From: Pseudogymnoascus verrucosus
Taxonomy: Eukaryota
NCBI GenBank assembly: GCA_001662655.1
Contig: KV460225.1
Length of the DNA: 35,390 bases
Direction: 5' to 3' (one strand)
Shown: piece after piece, positions 11,900-23,782 of the stretch
How positions within the stretch are numbered: the stretch's first letter is position 1
Layout of the letters: every line of letters begins with the position of its first letter
The notes under the pieces: model-generated
Database searches by the model: none
The model's input: only the letters and a program-made list of their open reading frames with translations
What the model was told of the DNA's origin: nothing
Position numbers and translations under genes: made by a program

Positions 11900-13718
11900 T
11901 CGTTATTCCCGTGCGCTATAGCTAGGCAGTGAACTTTCCGCTCTAGGCTTGACCTGATTCTACTAACTAGACATTTGCGTTAAAGAGGGACAATACACGT
12001 CGTATTCTAAAGGTCTCTAGTAACTGCACTACTGCAACTTAAGTGGTCTTAAGGGCGGAGTCTTACTCTTAGCTAAGCGTTTAGCACTAGGGTCGGCCCC
12101 TCTACTACTAAAAGGAGGAATCATATCTAGATTGTACATGTTGTAAAGGCAATCGCTTTGCAAGCCCTAACTAACCGCCTAAAGGCTAGATAGAGCGGCA
12201 TCTAAGGTTAGTTGACTCTAACAGCCTAACTCTAATGATTGTCCGCTCTCTGTATCCATTTGTCCGCCATCCTAGTAATATTCCCAAATAAACGCCACGA
12301 AACGAAAGTAAAAGGTAACAAAATGCAACATAGGGATAGTCGCAGACGTAACGGCCTTTAAGAGGGATCTCCACTTCGATCTCGAATCGGCCCTTCTCTT
12401 GAAAACTAGCCTAGACTAAGGCAGAGGTCGCTGCTAGTGCCTATAACTCGTAACGTCGTAATATGTGCTACGCGGCGGTCTGCGCAAGGGCCGGCCACGT
12501 TACTACAAGGCATTTTTACAATTAGCTAGGTCGTTGCACAAGGCACTCTTAAGGCAGATTACGCATGCTACAGTCGTAGGCGGCTTTAAATGTGCGTAGC
12601 AATAGCGAAGGGCGCGAGAGAGGTAGGTTGAGTAGAACGCAGCTTAGCTCGTCCTCGCATCTTAGCCGATCTAACGGCTAGACGTCAAGACGCTTAAAGG
12701 GATCGTTGCCATTGCAAAGAGCTTGGTGGCATAGACGGCGTAGTCATTAGAGGGCGTAACTTGAGGTTGTGGCTCTATAAAGCGTTTATGTGCCACTCTA
12801 GGTTTTCAGCTGTAGCGAGGCCGAGAAGGGCGATCTATTAGGTGGAGCCATTATGTAGTGTAGAGGGGGCGGAGAAGGCTAAGCGTCGCGCGATGAGCGT
12901 AGCAGGTGCAAGAAAGTTAGGAGGGAGGAGCGACAGTAGAGAGGGACAGAGTTAGAGGGAGGGAGTGGCCTCTTTATAGAAGTTGAAAGCGGCAGTAGGC
13001 CTGTGCACGCACCTTCCCTAATTGGGCGGGCGCTAAACCCCGTGCGGCATACCTCGCGACTAAGATTATAACAACTATAAGGTAGGTGTATTAGGTTGTC
13101 TAACAACACTTCCTCTTAGGCTTAGAACATTTAGAGCTATAGTTACTTTAGTATATAAGCTAGTACCTTATAGAAGTAGTGCTTAAAGTGTAACGCTAGG
13201 TCTTAAACTATAAGACTTATAGAGGTTTTATTATATTAGTTTACTTAATAGAGGAGGTAGGAGATTAGACACTAAAGGCTTTTATAAAACACGTTATAGT
13301 ATATAACAAATACTATATTAAGTTAAGCATAAAGCTCCTATCTAAGAAATAACTATCTACTTATATAGTAGCGTTATACTAAAGGGAATAGTTAGAATAG
13401 TAGACTTTCTAACTATTCTTACTATTCCTACTAATCTAATTATATATATGTCCTATAAGAGGTGTTATACTTATTATAGGTACTAATTCCTATAGGTGCC
13501 CTTCTAAGGAGGCACCTTGCTCTATATAGGTACCTTTCCTAATAGGTACCTCTCCTTTACTAGGTACCTTCTAAGAAAGGTACCTTTTCCTAAAGGTGCC
13601 CTTATTAACTAAGCTACTTATAATCTCTATATCTATTTCCTACTACTAATTAGCTATAAGCTATTTTACCTTATTATTCTATCTTATAGTATATAGGTTA
13701 TATGTTTTAGCTATAATA
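11900..13718 (-). mobile_element. Truncated, RIP'd LTR retroelement (family A, probably non-autonomous): 5' LTR 13189-13718, PBS/gag-leader shared with the Gypsy element, then an unrelated internal region; left boundary approximate
   Basis: 13070-13188 aligns with 22300-22417 (leader and first ~22 gag codons). The LTR runs TG...(C/T)A and is 530 bp. No gag core, pol or second LTR was found to the left. Confidence 0.7.
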
Positions 13719-15551
13719 GATAGCTCTAGCTAGACTCTACTATCCTTAGTAGTAGAAAAAGGGTATAAGGCACTAGAATAGCTTTTACTTAGGTAAGAAG
13801 ATTTAGTAGTAGAGAATCTTTAGGCTACTCCTAGAAGTCTATACTCTCCTAAGACCACCTACGTTCTTAGAAGCACTACTCTTAAGAGCCTATACGTTTT
13901 TAAGAGCATTACTCCTAGAAGTATAAGCAGTCTTAGGAGAGTATAGGCTTTAGGGAGTAATGCTTTAAGGAGTGTAGGTAGTCTTAGAAGCACTATAAAA
14001 CTATAGTTATATTATATAGCTTTCTATAAAAGCCTAATTAAGATTTATAACAACTTTACTAAGATCTATGTTTCTAGATCTAGATAGGCTATTAAATTAA
14101 TATATCTCTTAAATTAGCTGTTTTAAAGGTTATAAGTAGGGAAAGAGATAGTTAATAAGGAAATAGTATATATATAGTAGGTAGAGGGCAAAGTAATAGA
14201 AAATAAGGGGGGTTTAAAAATTATAATAGGTAAAAGCCATTATGAATTTTATCCCTATAAGTATTTCTAAGGTATAGAGGTATATAAGAGTACTATATAG
14301 TTATTTATAGTTAGTAGCTTAGCACTTCTCTATATAACTATATAGTTATATAGATAAAATGTTTGCTATTAGGTGTAGTTAGCTATGTTAATAAGGAAGG
14401 ACTAAGAGTTACTAATATAAATCTTTATATTTATAGCTAGCATTTAATACAATATTAGGATAATTAATATAGGGGATATTCCTTTTATAAGTTAGCTACT
14501 TTTAAAAGCACATTTAATAAGTACATACCTTTATAAGTACATACCTTACATTAGTACATACCTTCTATAAAGTGTCTTAGCCCTACTATAAGGACTCTAG
14601 TTTAGATAGTAACAACTAAAAGCTACTAGGATACTCCTAAGGTCTACTACTCTTATAACTACTAGTCTTATGCCTACTAGTCTCCTAACCTCTACTACTC
14701 TTATATCCTATAGTCTTATGCCTACTAGGCTGCCCCTAAGCTCTACTACTCTTATACCTACTAGTCTAGCAACTTATATGCCTCTTATGCCTACTACTCT
14801 TCTAACTAATTATAGCCTCTAGAGCGCTACTCCTAAGATTACAATATAGTATTATATATAGTAATAAGGTATTAATTAAAGTCTACATTAGTAGGTTAGG
14901 CTATAGGCTATAGGCTATAGCTAGCTAGCTATAAGGCATTATAGACTACTATACTAACAGTAGTATAAATCTAACTCTAAAGAAAGCGTTAGTATTAATA
15001 TACTAGTAGGATTAACTAGGCAGTATAGGGAGTAGCTTATAAAGGACTTAGCTTAGTAGTTAACTACCTTACTATAGACTTCTAACTATAGGAGGAGTAG
15101 TATAGGCACTACCCTACCTAACTACTAAGGCTTTATTATAGCTATAATAGAGATTTATTAAGTCTTATAAGCATAAATCAACGCCTTATACAGCCTAGGG
15201 GGTTGTAGAGTTTAGCCTTAAGTAGTAGGAGACAATTGCCTCTCTAAAAACAGCACTAGTAAGTCTTACCTCTACTCCCCTTCTAGGACTACTAAATAGT
15301 CCCTAATATCCTATAGTAATAACAAGGACTATAGGGAGAGTCTATAGATTAATAATAAAAAGTAGAGGAGGCATAAGAGATTATATAAGGGAGTAATAGA
15401 AGGGCTAGAAGGCCTTAGGGCAGACATAGCTATCTTAAGACAGTAAGGTAGTAGTAGTAGTAGTAGGAGGTAGTAATAGTAACGTTATTATAGATCGCCT
15501 ACCTACTAGAGACTAAGATTAAGTAGATAGTAGAATAGGCATACACCTATA
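13719..15551. repeat. Heavily RIP'd unclassified repeat; it continues at 23061-~23500 after the solo-LTR insertion
   Basis: Extreme TpA excess and CpA/TpG depletion. It has an internal inverted repeat (13839-13856 vs 13930-13947), 3x AGTACATACCTT (14520-14565) and degenerate tandem repeats at 14620-14830. Confidence 0.6.
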
Positions 15552-16490
15552 TATAACGCTAGGTCTTAAACTATAAGACTTATAGAGGTTTCGTTACGTT
15601 AGTTTACTTAATAGAGAAGGCAGGGGATTAGACATAAAGGCTTTTATAAAACACGTTATAGTATATAACAAAATACTATATTAAGTTAAGCACGAAGCTC
15701 CTATCTAAGAACTATCTATCTACTTATATAGTAGCGTCATGCTAAAGGGAATAGTTAGAATAGTAGACTCTCTAACTATTCTTACTATTCCTACTAATCT
15801 AATTACATATGTGTCCTATAAGAGGTGCTACACTTATTGTAGGTACTAATTCCTATAGGTGCCTTTCTAAGGAGGCACCTTACTCTATATAGGTGCCTTT
15901 TATAATAGGCATGTAACGCTAGGTCTTAAACTATAAGACTTATAGAGGTTTCGTTACGTTAGTTTACTTAATAGAGGAGGTAGGGGATCAGACACTAAAG
16001 GCTTTTATAAAACACGTTATAGTATATAACAAAATACTATATTAAGTTAAGCACGAAGCTCCTATCTAAGAACTAACTATCTACTTATATAGTAGCGTCG
16101 TGCTAAAGGATAGTTGGGATAGTTAGATATATGAGAATATCCCAACTATCTAACTATCTATTACGTAACATCCTACAACCATAGTTAATAGCGCTAAACC
16201 ATAATTGCTACGGGGCCTACGTAATTCCTAGGAGTGCTCTCGCTCCTAAGACTCTCCCTACTCCTAGACCCCCTAGTCCTAGAAGTCCTATACTTCCTAG
16301 AACACTTATTCCTAGAAGTCCCCCTAGTCCTAGGTGCCCTACTAGCCCTAGGATCCCTATAGAATTCATAGCCATAACACTAGGTCCCTCCTCTAAGGCC
16401 TAGTCCTATAGGCCTACTAACTAAGGAAATCGCTAACTACTTAAGTAGGGTAACGCCTACTTATTTTACCTAGTAGGTTGCGCTACCATC

Positions 16491-17042
16491 ATGCCTTCTA
16501 ACAAACATACTAAAATTAAAGAACGTCAACTCCTAGCTAATTGTATTAAAAGAAACGGAATCCTAATGCCGCTATGCTCTAACTGCATCTATAGCAAACG
16601 CTCCTACGTCGTCGCTCCTAGGCATCGCTGATGTAGTGAATGTACTCGTTGTAATTCTAAATGCAACGCCTACAGCCCGTCTACTACTAAATGGGAAAAG
16701 CTTCGTAAGGAAGAAGAGCGCCTAGAGGCAGAAGAGGAAGCTGCTACTGCTTAAGAGCAGGAGGCCTACGCTCGCTACATGCGCCTTTAAAAACAGTAAA
16801 AGGCCCTTAAGCTTTGTAGCGCTAAAATGCTTCGTTGTGGCCTTAAATCCCTTGATGAGCTAGAGGAGGCTAAGGAGCACAATCGACACAAAGCCGAATC
16901 CCATGCTTATCTCCTTAGTCCATCTACAACTAATCCTAAAATCGTCAGTTCTACACACGACCCCTACTAGGCCCTTTCCCCTAGATTCTTCAATCGCATA
17001 GGTGCTAACGGTAGAACTCCGCTAACAACTCTAGGCAGCTGA
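16491..17042 (+). pseudogene. Antisense extra ORF of the chromovirus: Zn2Cys6-like Cys cluster plus coiled coil (184 codons, RIP stops)
   Basis: ATG 16491 to TGA 17042 in one frame. It reads MPLCSNCIYSKRSYVVAPRHR*CSECTRCNSKCNA followed by WEKLRKEEERLEAEEEAA...LKSLDELEE, and it overlaps the pol 3' end. Confidence 0.7.
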
Positions 17043-20000
17043 GGTTCCCCCTCAACTCCTACGAGTTGTCTATAGGTTTGTAACCTTTCCATTTAATTAA
17101 AAACTCTTCTTAGCGTCCTACTAACCTTCTGTCTAGGATTGCCTCGACCTCATATTTAATAATTTCATTTTTAGGCTAGAGTTCAGTATCGGTCGCAATT
17201 AGGGCCTCCCCTCTTGCTAGTTCTAATAATAAGACATAAAACACTAGGTAGAGTTTAGAGTTCTTAGGTAGCTGCAGTCTATAATTAACTAAGCTAACTT
17301 TCTCTAATATCTTAAATGGTCCTAGTTTCTTAAAGTCTAACTTCGTACTTAGTCGTTTCGTTTTAATGTGTTTCTAGAGTAGGTATACTTTATCCCCCTC
17401 CTTAAAGGCAGGTTCCATACTACGCTTCCTATTTGCATATGTAGCAGATCGTTCATTTAAGAATTAGATGTCCGTTATAAGTTGTTTGTAGAACGATTTT
17501 AGTTATTCTACTACAATTAGGGCTTGTTTAGCTTGTGCTTCATCTAGTCTTAGTTGCCTATATGCTTCTAGCTAGTAGCCGTAATTAGCAAAGAACGGTA
17601 AGACTTTCGTTGCTTCTGCCATCGCGCTGTTATATGCAAACTATGCAATGGGTAAAATCTAAACCTAATTATCCTATTAATGATTGACATAACTTCATAG
17701 GTACTATTTAAGGGTTTGATTTAATCTTTCTATTTAGCCGTCTATCTAGGGGTAGAAAGCTGTTAATAGCTTGTGATTTGTTCCTAGTAGAGCCATTAAC
17801 GATTTCTAGAATTTCAAAGTGAAGAGCTTGTCTCTATCTAAGATGATTTCTTCTAGCATCCTGTAATCGGCTAATATAACTTAAATAAAGGTATATGTAA
17901 GCGCTTTAGCGTCGCTAGCTTCTAGATATAGTACGAATTTCCTATACTTCGTGAGTCTTTCCATTATAACGAGGATAGAGTTGTATTCTACTCCTGTTAA
18001 CAGGTCTTTAGAGGGTGGTAGCTTAACGATGAAGTCTAAAGCTACTAATTTCTATGCTCCTTTTAGTACTAGTGTCAACTTAAGTTGTCTATAAGGTAAG
18101 TGCCTATTAGATTTTGACTTACTACAAATGTTGCACTCTCTTACTACTGTTTCTACCTACTTCCTTATACCTAGGAAGTAGTAGTGTCTAGTGATTCGTT
18201 TAAAGGTTCGTGTTACTCCCTAATGACTGTGTGCTAGCAACGAGTGTTGTTCTTGTACTAGCAGGCGTCTTATTTAACTTAGGACATACACTAATCCTTT
18301 ATAACGGATTAATCCTTATTCGTTAATAGCAAAGTCGCCTTCAACTTTAGTTAAGACTCTCTTTATGCATTCGTCTATTGCATAAGATTTCTTAAGTCTT
18401 TCCTTAAGTTCTATATCTTTAACGATGGAGATCGTCGCTAGCAACTCGTTATACTGTATTCCTACGTCTGTTTTCTTTAATATTGCTCTAGGTCTTTCTT
18501 CCTTTAGGCCAACGTAGTTAGTCCTTCTACTAAGAGCATCTGCTCTTACATTCTTAGAGCCCTTGCAATAGGTTATTGTGAAGTTGTAGGCTATGAGGGT
18601 TTCTGCCTAGCAGACTTGTCTATAGTTTAGAACCTTAGTTGTAGTGAAGTATATAAGGTTCTTGTGATCTGTCTACACTTACACTATGTAGGTAGATCCC
18701 TTAAGATATACGCGCTATTACTTAAAGGCAACGACAATAGCTAGTAGCTCCTTGTTATAGATGTTATAGTTAAGCTCTGTAGGTGACAGTTTCCTAGAGT
18801 AGTACACGATTAGTTTAAACTTACCGTTCTTGCCTAGTTGATTTAGACATGCTCTAATCGCAAAATTAGAAGCGTCCGTCTTAAGGACAATCTTCTTTGT
18901 AGGGTTAAATGTTGTAAGGATAGGTGCCTCTATGAACTTCGTTTTAAGTTCCTAGAAGGCAGCCTCTGCTTTATCTGTCTATTTAAACACGAGATCCTTC
19001 CTAGTGAGCTCCGTAAGTAGTTAAGCTACCTTAGAATACCCTGTAATGAACTAACGGTAGAAGTTAGCAAAGCCTAAGAAGGCTTGTACTTCTTTAACCA
19101 TAGTTAGTGTTAGCCATTCCAACACTACTGTAACCTTTGCTTAGTCTATCTTAATGCTGTGCATTCTAATAATGTAACCTAAGAATTCGACTTAGTCCTT
19201 ATAGAACTTACACTTCTCTAGCTTTAATAGTAGGTTGTATTCCTTTAGCTTCTAGAGGACAAGTTTAACATGCTAAACATGTTCGTCTGTGTTTGCTAAG
19301 TATACTAGTATATCGTCTAAGTAAACGATGGCGAATATGTCTAGATACTTGTGTAAAGCATCATTCATTAAGCGTTGCATAGATGTAGGGGCGTTAGTTA
19401 GCCTAAAGGGCATGACTTGATATTTAAATAGACTATAGCAGGTGCAGAATGCTGTTTTCCACTCCTTGCCGTCAGCTATCTAGATTAGGTTGTACGCGCT
19501 ACGTAGATCTAGCAGTCCTTTATTGTTATGTTGTTTAATGCTCGATAATCCACATAAGGTCGTTTACTCCCATCCTTCTTAGGAACCCATAACATTGGGC
19601 TTCCTATAGGAGATTTAGATGGTCTAATAAATCCCTTCTTAAGGTTATCGTCAATATACTCCTTTAGTAGTTTTAACTCATCTGCTAACATCTAGTATAT
19701 TAGTCTAAACGGCGGACTCTTTCCTTCTTCTAAGGGTATTACATAGTCCTATAGTTAGTGCTTAGGAAGTGCCTCGTTCTTAGGGCCTTCCTAGAATAGC
19801 TACTCGTATTCCTTATACTCTACTAGTATACTCGTTAGTAAGGGTGCTAGGGCTAGGTTACTAGGCTCTATAGAGGTTGCACATACCTCACGTTGGCCCT
19901 AGGAGGATTTCTCCCTTTGTGGCGTGTCCGTTCGTTGTTTACATACGCACTAGCTCATTACAATTTTCTCGTTCTACTAGTTGATCTAGGGGTTGTGTTT

Positions 20001-20390
20001 CCTAAGCTACAGCACTCTAAGGATACATGCATAATTGTCTATGTATACAATGTCGAATTAGATCGTTTCCTTGTGTCTACGTAGTATGACCATCTCTAAT
20101 GGGACCGTTTCATAGGTTACCATTCTGTTGTTAGTTGAGATAGGCTCTCTATCTACAACTATTAATAGGTAAGGGTTGGCTCTTAATTGCATCTTAAAAC
20201 CTTGCGTGTCTGCTACTTTCTTTGTCATAAAGTTGCCCGTTGCTCCTAAGTTAATCATTACTTAGAGATGTCGCTTTTGTACCTTAGCAACCACATATAG
20301 CTGCATGCTGCCCTCTGTAGCGCATAGCTGTTTCGTACTAGGCCTCTTCTCGTTGCTTGCTAGTAGCCTACTGTCGAGGACTCCTAGTTT
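16990..20390 (-). pseudogene. pol: pol polyprotein (protease, RT, RNase H, integrase, chromodomain), RIP-broken
   Basis: MI(N)LGATGNF protease, [25 protein letters not shown] and YLDDI RT, TDAS RNase H, FYP*IDG integrase and EYEVEAIL...FLIKWKGY chromodomain at about 17000-17160. Boundaries are approximate. Confidence 0.9.
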
Positions 20391-22369
20391 TTTAACTTGT
20401 TAGAGGGAGAATAGTATTCGTCGTCCTCTGTTAGCAGTCCTAATGAGGGCGGTCCTTCTTGTCTTACCGCCTCTCTTAGTAGGTGTAGGTATTTCTCGTA
20501 TACCTATTCACTCTTTATAGGTAATTCTCCTTTAGACTAACTACGTCTAAGGGCATAAACCTATTCTGCGTCTTGAAAGTGTATCTTAGGTAACAATCGA
20601 GGGAATAGCTAGTGCTAGTGTTTCTTTCTCTAGTAGAGTTTGCAGTCGTCTTCACTATAGTACTCCTAGTAGACATATGCATGCTAGGGATAATTAGTCT
20701 CTGTTGCATCTGCCCTTACTAATTCCCGTTGTCCTTTTACCCATTTGCTGTCTTCTCTTAGAGGCGTGGTAAACGTCTCTAATTGTTCTATGGCTCTCTG
20801 TTCTAGTCAGGTAGCAGGTCTTGTGTTTTCCCGTTAAATTATGTTTCTAGCTTTCTCGTCGTACTTCTTTAGGGCCCTCTTTCTATCCTAGTAGTAAAGT
20901 TTAACGCTTTTCATGCTCTTTAGCGTAGCCATATACTCGACATCCGTTTGTAGTCTTCCTACTTCTTAAACTAGGAAGTCTTCTATCTCTAATGTCGTTC
21001 TAAGCTATCTAAGCTCGTTAGTTAGTATGTCGTAGTATCTCTAGAGGTCGTCCCTATAGTCGTCTACCTTACATTCTAACGGGAGTCCCTATAATAGGTC
21101 CCTATAGGTGCCCTTAAGCGTAGGGATTCTCCTTAGAGTGCTAGGCTTGTCTTGTTCGTCCTTAATCTTCAAGTAGGCGTGTTTTGCTATGCGTCATACT
21201 ACGCTCTTACACTGTGGACTCATTGGTTCCGTAGGTGCAAGCTCTTTAAAGGTTCCTTATTCTGAGACAGTAAGAGATTCCGCCTCTAATTCCTCGTCTA
21301 AGCTTTCATCTTCTAGGGTGCTATCGCCGTTAATTCCCTAGTCCTGTTTGTTTACAATCGTGGCGTTTAACTGCATTCCTAGGGCGTTATAGCCTCCTCG
21401 GCCTTGCTAGGTAGCGTTGAGTTGTTTGCTAAATTTACGTCTACTGTTCCCCTTCTTTAGCTGTCTGCAGTCTTAGGCCATGTGGCCTAGTTTGTTGCAG
21501 TTGAAGTAAAGTCGCTCCTTAACTTACTTGTCCTTTTTTAGGTCACGGGGTCGTCTAGGTTTAAACGTGGCATTAAGTTCCATTAGGTCTAACTAACGGT
21601 TGTCTTGTAGGTGTTGTTCCCGTCGTTTGCCTTCGTTCCCTTAGTAGGGATAACTTTTCTTAGGTTTGTTATAGGTCCGTCGTTCCCTCTAGAATTCGTA
21701 TAGCCGATTGTCGATTTAGACCGTATACTCGATTAGCGTCACTATGTCCGTTAGCTGTTGCTCTAAACGGGTAAGTTCTATACATACATAGCTCTTTAGT
21801 CTACGTTAGTAGTGGCTAATAAGCGCGCTAGCGTCCTATCCTATCTAGTTGCTATATCTCTAGAATTCTGTAGAGTACGTAAGGGCGCTACCCGTCTACT
21901 TAAGCGCAAACAGGTGGTCTACTACAGTCTTGATTTCATTAATATCTCTAAACATACGTTAGATCTCCTTACAGAATCCTTTCTAGCTGCTAAACATGGT
22001 TTAGGTAGTTGCTATGCTTCCGTTAGTACTTTCGTGTTAGAAGTAGTCCTTAAGGAAGGGTTCGATTTATTAAAGGGCTTCTCCTCAAAGGTAGGACGAA
22101 GTCTATAGAGCATAGCTTTCTCTAGTAGGAAACTTGTCGTCATTAAAATGCTAGTACAGTTCGACCTGTAGTAGGAATACTTCAAGTTCCTTTCGATTGC
22201 TAGAATAGGTGTTAGGGAGCTTAACATGTAAGGCCTCCCTAAGTTCCGATGTTGCGGGCGCGTTAGGCATTTCTTTGTTCTTAGTAGTAGGTCTCTAAGA
22301 CGACTATAGGGTAGGTGTATTAGGTCGTCTAACAACACTTCCTCTTAGGCTTAGGACATTCAGAGCCAT
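20384..22369 (-). pseudogene. gag: gag (662 codons, RIP stops) with CCHC zinc knuckle; -1 slippery site A AAA AAC immediately before the stop
   Basis: ATG 22369 is in frame with TAG 20386-20384. The knuckle (C>Y)FNCNKLGHMA*DC is at about 21470-21510. AAAAAAC is at 20393-20387 on the minus strand. Confidence 0.85.
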
Positions 22370-23782
22370 AGTTGCTTTAGTGTATGAGCTAGTACCTCGT
22401 AGAAGTAGTGCTTAAAGTGTAACGCTAGGTCTTAAACTATAAGACTCATAGAGGTTTCGTTGCGTTAGTTTACTTAATAGAGGAGGTAGGGGATTAGACA
22501 CTAAAGGCTTTCATAAAACACGTTATAGTATATAACAAAATACTATATTAAGTTGAGCACGAAGCTCCTATCTAAGAACTAACTATCTACTTATATAGTG
22601 GCGTCGTGCTAAAGGATAGTTGGGATAGTTGGATATATAAGAATATCCTAACTATCTAACTATCCATTACGTGACATCCTGCAACTATAGTCAATAGCGC
22701 TAAACCATAATTGCTATAGGGCCTACGTGATTCCTAGGAGTGCTCTCGCTCCCGAGACTCTCCCTACTCCTAGACCCCCTAGTCCTAGAAGTCCTATACT
22801 TCCTAGAACACTTATTCCTAGAAGTCCCCCTAGTCCTAGGTGCCCTACTAGCCCTAGGATCCCCGTAGAATTTATAGCTGTAACAAGGCACTTCTCTTTA
22901 GCTAGGTACCTTCTAAGAAAGGTACCTTTTCCTAAAGGTGCCCTTATTAACTAAGCTACCTACAATCTCTACGTCCATTTCCTGCTGCTAATTAGCTACA
23001 AGCTATTTTACTTTATTACTCTATCTTACAGTATATAGGTTGCATGTTTTAGCTATAACACTATACTAATATAAGGGATTTAACTTACTAGACAGTTTAT
23101 AGCTATAACAGTATACTATAAATAGCTTTAATTACACGTTAATAGGTGTTATTATTAGCCTTATAATATCCTTACTAGGTAGCTTAATTAGCATTAATAA
23201 CGTTAATGATCCTATAAATTAACACTAAGAAGTGGCTGCCTAGATTGGTTTTAATTACAATAACTCTTTAATGTAAGCATTCTAGTTAGATGTTCACTTT
23301 AAGCAAGAAGGTTTAAGGGATGAGGTTATAGAATAATTTGCTATCTAGTGTAGTTAACTACAATGATATAGAAGGATAAGATTTATTAGTCTAGGTAGAT
23401 AGAAGCCTTATATTTATAGCTGTAGTTACATCCTTAGTTTAGCGCTAAGCTCACTAGCGTAGGCATTAATACTAAAACTATTCTCATTAGTTTTAGTTTT
23501 TAGACCATTAAATCTAGAAGAAGAGAAGAGCATTCGATACGTACCTAGTACGTACTAAGTACGTACCGAGTCTGTTAAAGTGTTGTGTAGTAGGGGTGGC
23601 ATTCTTAGCTTAGCGCCTTGACCCACTAGTGCAGGGACGACTGACATTAAATACCCTAGCGTCCTATTTGTTTAGGTGTTTAGACCATCATACTAGCGAA
23701 GCTACATTTAATGTGGACTATTCCATTATCTGCAACACGGTTAGCTAGGGAAACACTACTAGTTAATAATTAATCTAATAAG

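Larger units (their letters stand above)
15912..22885 (-). mobile_element. Full-length RIP-inactivated Ty3/Gypsy chromovirus (family B), LTRs 15912-16379 and 22418-22885 (468 bp), TSD AGGCA
   Basis: TG...CA LTRs with AGGCA at 15907-15911 and 22886-22890. The PPT (GAGGAGGGAC on the minus strand) abuts 16380. Domain order is gag-PR-RT-RH-IN-chromodomain. Confidence 0.95.
15552..23060 (-). mobile_element. Solo LTR of family A (530 bp = 15552-15911 + 22891-23060) interrupted by the Gypsy element; TSD CTATA
   Basis: CTATA at 15547-15551 and 23061-23065. The joined halves are colinear with 13189-13718. Confidence 0.88.

Noticed and set aside
13189..23060. The two family-A LTRs as the paired ends of a single element enclosing 13719-15551
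   Set aside because: The right copy has its own CTATA TSD (solo LTR), and the left copy's PBS/leader points the other way.
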